Source: the human T2T-CHM13v2.0 reference genome, Homo sapiens. Taken from it: a stretch of DNA of 64,000 nucleotides. Shown in pieces: positions 14,101 through 26,223 of this stretch. The stretch lies in the NCBI RefSeq assembly GCF_009914755.1, contig NC_060931.1. One strand, 5' to 3'. The position numbers were made by a program, and so were the translations under genes. The notes beneath the pieces are model-generated. The model was not told the origin of the DNA. It saw nothing but the letters and a program-made list of their open reading frames with translations, and made no database searches. How positions within the stretch are numbered: the stretch's first letter is position 1; each line of letters starts with the position of its first letter.

Positions 14101-17100
14101 CCTTTGCACAGAGCAGATTTGAAACACTCTTTTTGTGGAGTTTGCAAGTGGAGATTTCAAGCGATTTGATGCCTACAGTAGAAAAGGAAATATCTTCAAA
14201 TAAAAACTAGACAGAATCATTCTCAGAAACTACTTTGTGATGTGTGCCTTCAACTCACAGAGTTTAACCTTTCTTTTCTTAGAGCAGTTTAGAAACACTC
14301 TGCTTGTTATGTCTGCAAGTGGATATTTGGACCTCTTTGAGGCCTTCGTTGCAAACGGGGTTTCTTCCTTTCATGCTAGACTAAGAAGAGTTCTCAGTAA
14401 CTTTTTTGTGTTGTGTGTATTCAACTCACAGAGTTGAACCTTGCTTTACAGAGAGCAGATTTGAAACACTCTTGCTGTGGCATTTTCAGGTGGAGATTTC
14501 AAGCGATTTGAGGACAATTGCAGAAAAGGAAATATCTTCGTATAATAACCAGACAGAATCATTCTCAGAAAGTGCTTTGTGATGTGTGCGTTCAACTCAC
14601 AGAGTTTAACCTTTCTTTTCATAGAGGAGTTTGGAAACACACTGTTTGTAAAGTCTGCAAGTGGATATATGGACCTGTTTGAGGCCTTCGTTGGAAACGG
14701 GATTTCTTCATTGAATGCTAGACGGAAGAATTCTCAGTAAATTCTTTGTGTTGTGTGCATTCAACTCACAGAGTGGAACGTCCCTTTAGACAGAGCAGAT
14801 TTGAAACCCTCTTTTTGCGGAATTTGCAAGTGGAGATTTCTAGCCATTTGATGCCAACAGTAGAAAGGGAAATACCTTCAAATAAAAACCAGACAGAATC
14901 ATTCTCAGAAAATTCTTTGTGATGTGTGCGTTCAACTCACATAGTTTAACCTTTCTTTTCATAGAGCAGTTTGGAAACACTGTGTTTGTAAAGTCTGCAA
15001 GTGGATATATGGACCGCATTGAGGCCTTCGTTGGAAACGGGATTTCTTCATTTCATGCTAGACAGAAGAATTCTCAGTAACTTCTTTGTGCTGTGTGTAT
15101 TCAACTCACAGAGTGGAACGTCCCTTTGCACAGAGCAGATTTGAAACACTCTTTTTGTGGAGTTTGCAAGTGGAGATTTCAAGCGATTTGATGCCAACAG
15201 TAGAAAAGGAAATATCTTCAAATAAAAACTAGACAGAATCATTCTCAGAAACTACTTTGTGATGTGTGCCTTCAACTCACAGAGTTCAACCTTTCTTTTC
15301 TTAGAGCAGTTTAGAAACACTCTGCTTGTTATGTCTGCAAGTGGATATTTGGACCTCTTTGAGGCCTTCGTTGCAAACGGGGTTTCTTCCTTTCATGCTA
15401 GACTAAGAAGAGTTCTCAGTAACTTTTTTGTGTTGTGTGTATTCAACTCACAGAGTTGAACCTTGCTTTAGAGAGAGCAGATTTGAAACACTCTTGCTGT
15501 GGCATTTTCAGGTGGAGATTTCAAGCGATTTGAGGACAATTGCAGAAAAGGAAATATCTTCGTATAATAACCAGACAGAATCATTCTCAGAAAGTGCTTT
15601 GTGATGTGTGCGTTCAACTCACAGAGTTTAACCTTTCTTTTCATAGAGGAGTTTGGAAACACACTGTTTGTAAAGTCTGCAAGTGGATATATGGACCTGT
15701 TTGAGGCCTTCGTTGGAAACGGGATTTCTTCATGGAATGCTAGACGGAAGAATTCTCAGTAAATTCTTTGTGTTGTGTGCATTCAACTCACAGAGTGGAA
15801 CGTCCCTTTAGACAGAGCAGATTTGAAACACTCTTTTTGCGGAATTTGCAAGTGGAGATTTCTAGCCATTTGATGCCAACAGTAGAAAGGGAAATATCTT
15901 CAAATAAAAACCAGACAGAATCATTCTCAGAAAATTCTTTGTGATATGTGCGTTCAACTCACATAGTTTAACCTTTCTTTTCATAGAGCAGTTTGGAAAC
16001 ACTCTGTTTGTAAAGTCTGCAAGTGGATATATGGACCGCATTGAGGCCTTCGTTGGAAACGGGATTTCTTCATTTCATGCTAGACAGAAGAATTCTCAGT
16101 AACTTCTTTGTGCTGTGTGTATTCAACTCACAGAGTGGAACGTCCCTTTGCACAGAGCAGATTTGAAACACTCTTTTTGTGGAGTTTGCCAGTGGGGATT
16201 TCAAGCGATTTGATGCCAACAGTAGAAAAGGAAATATCTTCAAATAAAAACTAGACAGAATCATTCTCAGAAACTACTTTGTGATGTGTGCCTTCAACTC
16301 ACAGAGTTCAACCTTTCTTTTCTTAGAGCAGTTTAGAAACACTCTGCTTGTTATGTCTGCAAGTGGATATTTGGACCTCTTTGAGGCCTTCGTTGCAAAC
16401 GGGGTTTCTTCCTTTCATGCTAGACTAAGAAGAGTTCTCAGTAACTTTTTTGTGTTGTGTGTATTCAACTCACAGAGTTGAACCTTGCTTTAGAGAGAGC
16501 AGATTTGAAACACTCTTGCTGTGGCATTTTCAGGTGGAGATTTCAAGCGATTTGAGGACAATTGCAGAAAAGGAAATATCTTCGTATAATAACCAGACAG
16601 AATCATTCTCAGAAAGTGCTTTGTGATGTGTGCGTTCAACTCACAGAGTTTAACCTTTCTTTTCATAGAGGAGTTTGGAAACACACTGTTTGTAAAGTCT
16701 GCAAGTGGATACATGGACCTGTTTGAGGCCTTCGTTGGAAACGGGATTTCTTCATTGAATGCTAGACGGAAGAATTCTCAGTAAATTCTTTGTGTTGTGT
16801 GCATTCAACTCACAGAGTGGAACGTCCCTTTAGACAGAGCAGATTTGAAACACTCTTTTTGCGGAATTTGCAAGTGGAGATTTCTAGCCATTTGATGCCA
16901 ACAGTAGAAAGGGAAATATCTTCAAATAAAAACCAGACAGAATCATTCTCAGAAAATTCTTTGTGATGTGTGCGTTCAACTCACATAGTTTAACCTTTCT
17001 TTTCATAGAGCAGTTTGGAAACACTCTGTTTGTAAAGTCTGCAAGTGGATATATGGACCGCATTGAGGCCTTCGTTGGAAACGGGATTTCTTCATTTCAT

Positions 17101-19060
17101 GCTAGACAGAAGAATTCTCAGTAACTTCTTTGTGCTGTGTGTATTCAACTCACAGAGTGGAACGTCCCTTTGCACAGAGCAGATTTGAAACACTCTTTTT
17201 GTGGAGTTTGCAAGTGGAGATTTCAAGCGATTTGATGCCAACAGTAGAAAAGGAAATATCTTCAAATAAAAACTAGACAGAATCATTCTCAGAAACTACT
17301 TTGTGATGTGTGCCTTCAACTCACAGAGTTCAACCTTTCTTTTCTTAGAGCAGTTTAGAAACACTCTGCTTGTTATGTCTGCAAGTGGATATTTGGACCT
17401 CTTTGAGGCCTTCGTTGCAAACGGGGTTTCTTCCTTTCATGCTAGACTAAGAAGAGTTCTCAGTAACTTTTTTGTGTTGTGTGTATTCAACTCACAGAGT
17501 TGAACCTTGCTTTAGAGAGAGCAGATTTGAAACACTCTTGCTGTGGCATTTTCAGGTGGAGATTTCAAGCGATTTGAGGACAATTGCAGAAAAGGAAATA
17601 TCTTCGTATAATAACCAGACAGAATCATTCTCAGAAAGTGCTTTGTGATGTGTGCGTTCAACTCACAGAGTTTAACCTTTCTTTTCATAGAGGAGTTTGG
17701 AAACACACTGTTTGTAAAGTCTGCAAGTGGATACATGGACCTGTTTGAGGCCTTCGTTGGAAACGGGATTTCTTCATTGAATGCTAGACGGAATAATTCT
17801 CAGTAAATTCTTTGTGTTGTGTGCATTCAACTCACAGAGTGGAACGTCCCTTTAGACAGAGCAGATTTGAAACACTCTTTTTGCGGAATTTGCAAGTGGA
17901 GATTTCTAGCCATTTGATGCCAACAGTAGAAAGGGAAATATCTTCAAATAAAAACCAGACAGAATCATCCTCAGAAAATTCTTTGTGATGTGTGCGTTCA
18001 ACTCACATAGTTTAACCTTTCTTTTCATAGAGCAGTTTGGAAACACTCTGTTTGTAAAGTCTGCAAGTGGATATATGGACCGCATTGAGGCCTTCGTTGG
18101 AAACGGGATTTCTTCATTTCATGCTAGACAGAAGAATTCTCAGTAACTTCTTTGTGCTGTGTGTATTCAACTCACAGAGTGGAACGTCCCTTTGCACAGA
18201 GCAGATTTGAAACACTCTTTTTGTGGAGTTTGCAAGTGGAGATTTCAAGCGATTTGATGCCAACAGTAGAAAAGGAAATATCTTCAAATAAAAACTAGAC
18301 AGAATCATTCTCAGAAACTACTTTGTGATGTGTGCCTTCAACTCACAGAGTTCAACCTTTCTTTTCTTAGAGCAGTTTAGAAACACTCTGCTTGTTATGT
18401 CTGCAAGTGGATATTTGGACCTCTTTGAGGCCTTCGTTGCAAACGGGGTTTCTTCCTTTCATGCTAGACTAAGAAGAGTTCTCAGTAACTTTTTTGTGTT
18501 GTGTGTATTCAACTCACAGAGTTGAACCTTGCTTTAGAGAGAGCAGATTTGAAACACTCTTGCTGTGGCATTTTCAGGTGGAGATTTCAAGCGATTTGAG
18601 GACAATTGCAGAAAAGGAAATATCTTCGTATAATAACCAGACAGAATCATTCTCAGAAAGTGCTTTGTGATGTGTGCGTTCAACTCACAGAGTTTAACCT
18701 TTCTTTTCATAGAGGAGTTTGGAAACACACTGTTTGTAAAGTCTGCAAGTGGATATATGGACCTGTTTGAGGCCTTCGTTGGAAACGGGATTTCTTCATT
18801 GAATGCTAGACGGAAGAATTCTCAGTAAATTCTTTGTGTTGTGTGCATTCAACTCACAGAGTGGAACGTCCCTTTAGACAGAGCAGATTTGAAACACTCT
18901 TTTTGCGGAATTTGCAAGTGGAGATTTCTAGCCATTTGATGCCAACAGTAGAAAGGGAAATATCTTCAAATAAAAACCAGACAGAATCATTCTCAGAAAA
19001 TTCTTTGTGATGTGTGCGTTCAACTCACATAGTTTAACCTTTCTTTTCATAGAGCAGTTT

Positions 19061-19074
19061 GGAAACACTGTTTG
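19061..19074 (+). other. 2-bp deletion (GGAAACACTCTG > GGAAACACTG) giving a 1020-bp HOR
   Basis: Direct reading at 19061-19070; the ORF-track period drops to 1020 (18114 > 19134). Confidence 0.93.
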
Positions 19075-19548
19075 TAAAGTCTGCAAGTGGATATATGGAC
19101 CGCATTGAGGCCTTCGTTGGAAACGGGATTTCTTCATTTCATGCTAGACAGAAGAATTCTCAGTAACTTCTTTGTGCTGTGTGTATTCAACTCACAGAGT
19201 GGAACGTCCCTTTGCACAGAGCAGATTTGAAACACTCTTTTTGTGGAGTTTGCAAGTGGAGATTTCAAGCGATTTGATGCCAACAGTAGAAAAGGAAATA
19301 TCTTCAAATAAAAACTAGACAGAATCATTCTCAGAAACTACTTTGTGATGTGTGCCTTCAACTCACAGAGTTTAACCTTTCTTTTCTTAGAGCAGTTTAG
19401 AAACACTCTGCTTGTTATGTCTGCAAGTGGATATTTGGACCTCTTTGAGGCCTTCGTTGCAAACGGGGTTTCTTCCTTTCATGCTAGACTAAGAAGAGTT
19501 CTCAGTAACTTTTTTGTGTTGTGTGTATTCAACTCACAGAGTTGAACC

Positions 19549-22532
19549 CTGCTTTAGAGAGAGCAGATTTGAAACTCTCTTGCTGTGGCATTTTCAGGTG
19601 GAGATTTCAAGCGATTTGAGGACAATTGCAGAAAAGGAAATATCTTCGTATAATAACCAGACAGAATCATTCTCAGAAAGTGCTTTGTGATGTGTGCGTT
19701 CAACTCACAGAGTTTAACCTTTCTTTTCATAGAGGAGTTTGGAAACACACTGTTTGTAAAGTCTGCAAGTGGATATATGGACCTGTTTGAGGCCTTCGTT
19801 GGAAACGGGATTTCTTCATTGAATGCTAGACGGAAGAATTCTCAGTAAATTCTTTGTGTTGTGTGCATTCAACTCACAGAGTGGAACGTCCCTTTAGACA
19901 GAGCAGATTTGAAACACTCTTTTTGCGGAATTTGCAAGTGGAGATTTCTAGCCATTTGATGCCAACAGTAGAAAGGGAAATATCTTCAAATAAAAACCAG
20001 ACAGAATCATTCTCAGAAAATTCTTTGTGATGTGTGCGTTCAACTCACATAGTTTAACCTTTCTTTTCATAGAGCAGTTTGGAAACACTCTGTTTGTAAA
20101 GTCTGCAAGTGGATATATGGACCGCATTGAGGCCTTCGTTGGAAACGGGATTTCTTCATTTCATGCTAGACAGAAGAGTTCTCAGTAACTTCTTTGTGCT
20201 GTGTGTATTCAACTCACAGAGTGGAACGTCCCTTTACACAGAGCAGATTTGAAACACTCTTTTTGTGGAGTTTGCAAGTGGAGATTTCAAGCGATTTGAT
20301 GCCAACAGTAGAAAAGGAAATATCTTCAAATAAAAACTAGACAGAATCATTCTCAGAAACTACTTTGTGATGTGTGCCTTCAACTCACAGAGTTTAACCT
20401 TTCTTTTCTTAGAGCAGTTTAGAAACACTCTGCTTGTTATGTCTGCAAGGGGATATTTGGACCTCTTTGAGGCCTTCGTTGCAAACGTGGTTTCTTCCTT
20501 TCATGCTAGACTAAGAAGAGTTCTCAGTAACTTTTTTGTGTTGTGTGTATTCAACTCACAGAGTTGAACCTTGCTTTAGAGAGAGCAGATTTGAAACACT
20601 CTTGCTGTGGCATTTTCAGGTGGAGATTTCAAGCGATTTGAGGACAATTGCAGAAAAGGAAATATCTTCGTATAATAACCAGACAGAATCATTCTCAGAA
20701 AGTGCTTTGTGATGTGTGCGTTCAACTCACAGAGTTTAACCTTTCTTTTCATAGAGGAGTTTGGAAACACACTGTTTGTAAAGTCTGCAAGTGGATATAT
20801 GGACCTGTTTGAGGCCTTCGTTGGAAACGGGATTTCTTCATTGAATGCTAGACGGAAGAATTCTCAGTAAATTCTTTGTGTTGTGTGCATTCAACTCACA
20901 GAGTGGAACGTCCCTTTAGACAGAGCAGATTTGAAACCCTCTTTTTGCGGAATTTGCAAGTGGAGATTTCTAGCCATTTGATGCCAACAGTAGAAAGGGA
21001 AATATCTTCAAATAAAAACCAGACAGAATCATTCTCAGAAAATTCTTTGTGATGTGTGCGTTCAACTCACATAGTTTAACCTTTCTTTTCATAGAGCAGT
21101 TTGGAAACACTCTGTTTGTAAAGTCTGCAAGTGGATATATGGACCGCATTGAGGCCTTCGTTGGAAACGGGATTTCTTCATTTCATGCTAGACAGAAGAA
21201 TTCTCAGTAACTTCTTTGTGCTGTGTGTATTCAACTCACAGAGTGGAACGTCCCTTTGCACAGAGCAGATTTGAAACACTCTTTTTGTGGAGTTTGCAAG
21301 TGGAGATTTCAAGCGATTTGATGCCAACAGTAGAAAAGGAAATATCTTCAAATAAAAACTAGACAGAATCATTCTCAGAAACTACTTTGTGATGTGTGCC
21401 TTCAACTCACAGAGTTTAACCTTTCTTTTCTTAGAGCAGTTTAGAAACACTCTGCTTGTTATGTCTGTAAGTGGATATTTGGACCTCTTTGAGGCCTTTG
21501 TTGCAAACGGGGTTTCTTCCTTTCATGCTAGACTAAGAAGAGTTCTCAGTAACTTTTTTGTGTTGTGTGTATTCAACTCACAGAGTTGAACCCTGCTTTA
21601 GAGAGAGCAGATTTGAAACACTCTTGCTGTGGCATTTTCAGGTGGAGATTTCAAGCGATTTGAGGACAATTGCAGAAAAGGAAATATCTTCGTATAATAA
21701 CCAGACAGAATCATTCTCAGAAAGTGCTTTGTGATGTGTGCGTTCAACTCACAGAGTTTAACCTTTCTTTTCATAGAGGAGTTTGGAAACACACTGTTTG
21801 TAAAGTCTGCAAGTGGATATATGGACCTGTTTGAGGCCTTCGTTGGAAACGGGATTTCTTCATTGAATGCTAGACGGAAGAATTCTCAGTAAATTCTTTG
21901 TGTTGTGTGCATTCAACTCACAGAGTGGAACGTCCCTTTAGACAGAGCAGATTTGAAACACTGTTTTTGCGGAATTTGCAAGTGGAGATTTCTAGCCATT
22001 TGATGCCAACAGTAGAAAGGGAAATATCTTCAAATAAAAACCAGACAGAATCATTCTCAGAAAATTCTTTGTGATGTGGGCGTTCAACTCACATAGTTTA
22101 ACCTTTCTTTTCATAGAGCAGTTTGGAAACACTCTGTTTGTAAAGTCTGCAAGTGGATATATGGACCGCATTGAGGCCTTCGTTGGAAACGGGATTTCTT
22201 CATTTCATGCTAGACAGAAGAATTCTCAGTAACTTCTTTGTGCTGTGTGTATTCAACTCACAGAGTGGAACGTCCCTTTGCACAGAGCAGATTTGAAACA
22301 CTCTTTTTGTGGAGTTTGCAAGTGGAGATTTCAAGCGATTTGATGCCAAAAGTAGAAAAGGAAATATCTTCAAATAAAAACTAGACAGAATCATTCTCAG
22401 AAACTACTTTGTGATGTGTGCCTTCAACTCACAGAGTTTAACCTTTCTTTTCTTAGAGCAGTTTAGAAACACTCTGCTTGTTATGTCTGCAAGGGGATAT
22501 TTGGACCTCTTTGAGGCCTTCGTTGCAAACGT
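19549..22532 (+). repeat. Diverged 2-HOR (2044 bp) duplication block, span of markers
   Basis: Variants shared at +2044: 19549/21593 (gaaccCtg), 20450/22494 (caagGgga), 20488/22532 (aaacgTgg). Several private differences lie between them. Confidence 0.7.
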
Positions 22533-25500
22533 GGTTTCTTCCTTTCATGCTAGACTAAGAAGAGTTCTCAGTAACTTTTTTGTGTTGTGTGTATTCAACT
22601 CACAGAGTTGAACCTTGCTTTAGAGAGAGCAGATTTGAAACACTCTTGCTGTGGCATTTTCAGGTGGAGATTTCAAGCGATTTGAGGACAATTGCAGAAA
22701 AGGAAATATCTTCGTATAATAACCAGACAGAATCATTCTCAGAAAGTGCTTTGTGATGTGTGCGTTCAACTCACAGAGTTTAACCTTTCTTTTCATAGAG
22801 GAGTTTGGAAACACACTGTTTGTAAAGTCTGCAAGTGGATATATGGACCTGTTTGAGGCCTTCGTTGGAAACGGGATTTCTTCATTGAATGCTAGACGGA
22901 AGAATTCTCAGTAAATTCTTTGTGTTGTGTGCATTCAACTCACAGAGTGGAACGTCCCTTTAGACAGAGCAGATTTGAAACACTCTTTTTGCGGAATTTG
23001 CAAGTGGAGATTTCTAGCCATTTGATGCCAACAGTAGAAAGGGAAATATCTTCAAATAAAAACCAGACAGAATCATTCTCAGAAAATTCTTTGTGATGTG
23101 TGCGTTCAACTCACATAGTTTAACCTTTCTTTTCATAGAGCAGTTTGGAAACACTCTGTTTGTAAAGTCTGCAATTGGATATATGGACCACATTGAGGCC
23201 TTCGTTGGAAACGGGATTTCTTCATTTCATGCTAGACAGAAGAATTCTCAGTAACTTCTTTGTGCTGTGTGTATTCAACTCACAGAGTGGAACGTCCCTT
23301 TGAACAGAGCAGATTTGAAACACTCTTTTTTTGGAGTTTGCAAGTGGAGATTTCAAGCGATTTGATGCCAACAGTAGAAAAGGAAATATCTTCAAATAAA
23401 AACTAGACAGAATCATTCTCAGAAACTACTTTGTGATGTGTGCCTTCAACTCACAGAGTTTAACCTTTCTTTTCTTAGAGCAGTTTAGAAGCACTCTGCT
23501 TGTTATGTCTGCAAGTGGATATTTGGACCTCTTTGAGGCCTTCGTTGCAAACGGGGTTTCTTCCTTTCATGCTAGACTAAGAAGAGTTCTCAGTAACTTT
23601 TTTGTGTTGTGTGTATTCAACTCACAGAGTTGAACCTTGCTTTAGAGAGAGCAGATTTGAAACACTCTTGCTGTGGCATTTTCAGGTGGAGATTTCAAGC
23701 GATTTGAGGACAATTGCAGAAAAGGAAATATCTTCGTATAATAACCAGACAGAATCATTCTCAGAAAGTGCTTTGTGATGTGTGCGTTCAACTCACAGAG
23801 TTTAACCTTTCTTTTCATAGAGGAGTTTGGAAACACACTGTTTGTAAAGTCTGCAAGTGGATACATGGACCTGTTTGAGGCCTTCGTTGGAAACGGGATT
23901 TCTTCATTGAATGCTAGACGGAAGAATTCTCAGTAAATTCTTTGTGTTGTGTGCATTCAACTCACAGAGTGGAACGTCCCTTTAGACAGAGCAGATTTGA
24001 AACACTCTTTTTGCGGAATTTGCAAGTGGAGATTTCTAGCCATTTGATGCCAACAGTAGAAAGGGAAATATCTTCAAATAAAAACCAGACAGAATCATTC
24101 TCAGAAAATTCTTTGTGATGTGTGCGTTCAACTCACATAGTTTAACCTTTCTTTTCATAGAGCAGTTTGGAAACACTCTGTTTGTAAAGTCTGCAAGTGG
24201 ATATATGGACCGCATTGAGGCCTTCGTTGGAAACGGGATTTCTTCATTTCATGCTAGACAGAAGAATTCTCAGTAACTTCTTTGTGCTGTGTGTATTCAA
24301 CTCACAGAGTGGAACGTCCCTTTGCACTGAGCAGATTTGAAACACTCTTTTTGTGGAGTTTGCAAGTGGAGATTTCAAGCGATTTGATGCCAACAGTAGA
24401 AAAGGAAATATCTTCAAATAAAAACTAGACAGAATCATTCTCAGAAACTACTTTGTGATGTGTGCCTTCAACTCACAGAGTTTAACCTTTCTTTTCTTAG
24501 AGCAGTTTAGAAACACTCTGCTTGTTATGTCTGCAAGTGGATATTTGGACCTCTTTGAGGCCTTCGTTGCAAACGGGGTTTCTTCCTTTCATGCTAGACT
24601 AAGAAGAGTTCTCAGTAACTTTTTTGTGTTGTGTGTATTCAACTCACAGAGTTGAACCTTGCTTTAGAGAGAGCAGATTTGAAACACTCTTGCTGTGGCA
24701 TTTTCAGGTGGAGATTTCAAGCGATTTGAGGACAATTGCAGAAAAGGAAATATCTTCGTATAATAACCAGACAGAATCATTCTCAGAAAGTGCTTTGTGA
24801 TGTGTGCGTTCAACTCACAGAGTTTAACCTTTCTTTTCATAGAGGAGTTTGGAAACACACTGTTTGTAAAATCTGCAAGTGGATACATGGACCTGTTTGA
24901 GGCCTTCGTTGGAAACGGGATTTCCTCATTGAATGCTAGACGGAAGAATTCTCAGTAAATTCTTTGTGTTGTGTGCATTCAACTCACAGAGTGGAACGTC
25001 CCTTTAGACAGAGCAGATTTGAAACACTCTTTTTGCGGAATCTGCAAGTGGAGATTTCTAGCCATTTGATGCCAACAGTAGAAAGGGAAATATCTTCAAA
25101 TAAAAACCAGACAGAATCATTCTCAGAAAATTCTTTGTGATGTGTGCGTTCAACTCACATAGTTTAACCTTTCTTTTCATAGAGCAGTTTGGAAACACTC
25201 TGTTTGTAAAGTCTGCAAGTGGATATATGGACCGCATTGAGGCCTTCGTTGGAAACGGGATTTCTTCATTTCATGCTAGACAGAAGAATTCTCAGTAACT
25301 TCTTTGTGCTGTGTGTATTCAACTCACAGAGTGGAACGTCCCTTTGCACAGAGCAGATTTGAAACACTCTTTTTGTGGAGTTTGCAAGTGGAGATTTCAA
25401 GCGATTTGATGCCAACAGTAGAAAAGGAAATATCTTCAAATAAAAACTAGACAGAATCATTCTCAGAAACTACTTTGTGATGTGTGCCTTCAACTCACAG

Positions 25501-25680
25501 AGTTTAACCTTTCTTTTCTTAGAGCAGTTTAGAAACACTCTGCTTGTTATGTCTGCAAGTGGATATTTGGACCTCTTTGAGGCCTTCGTTGCAAACGGGG
25601 TTTCTTCCTTTCATGCTAGACTAAGAAGAGTTCTCAGTAACTTTTTTGTGTTGTGTGTATTCAACTCACAGAGTTGAACC

Positions 25681-26223
25681 TTGCTTTAGAGAGAGCAGAT
25701 TTGAAACACTCTTGCTGTGGCATTTTCAGGTGGAGATTTCAAGCGATTTGAGGACAATTGCAGAAAAGGAAATATCTTCGTATAATAACCAGACAGAATC
25801 ATTCTCAGAAAGTGCTTTGTGATGTGTGCGTTCAACTCACAGAGTTTAACCTTTCTTTTCATAGAGGAGTTTGGAAACACACTGTTTGTAAAGTCTGCAA
25901 GTGGATATATGGACCTGTTTGAGGCCTTCGTTGGAAACGGGATTTCTTCATTGCTTTAGAGAGAGCAGATTTGAAACACTCTTGCTGTGGCATTTTCAGG
26001 TGGAGATTTCAAGCGATTTGAGGACAATTGCAGAAAAGGAAATATCTTCGTATAATAACCAGACAGAATCATTCTCAGAAAGTGCTTTGTGATGTGTGCG
26101 TTCAACTCACAGAGTTTAACCTTTCTTTTCATAGAGGAGTTTGGAAACACACTGTTTGTAAAGTCTGCAAGTGGATATATGGACCTGTTTGAGGCCTTCG
26201 TTGGAAACGGGATTTCTTCATTG
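25681..26223 (+). repeat. 270-bp direct tandem duplication within a HOR (1292-bp structural-variant HOR), copy 1
   Basis: 25681-25950 is repeated at 25951-26220. The junction reads GATTTCTTCA-TTG-CTTTAGAGAG. Confidence 0.97.

Noticed and set aside
18928-19137. Unique 69-aa minus-strand ORF
   Set aside because: A by-product of the 2-bp deletion frameshift near 19068.
25901-26092. Unique 63-aa ORF (also 30259-30450)
   Set aside because: Created by the 270-bp duplication junction; no evidence of coding function.
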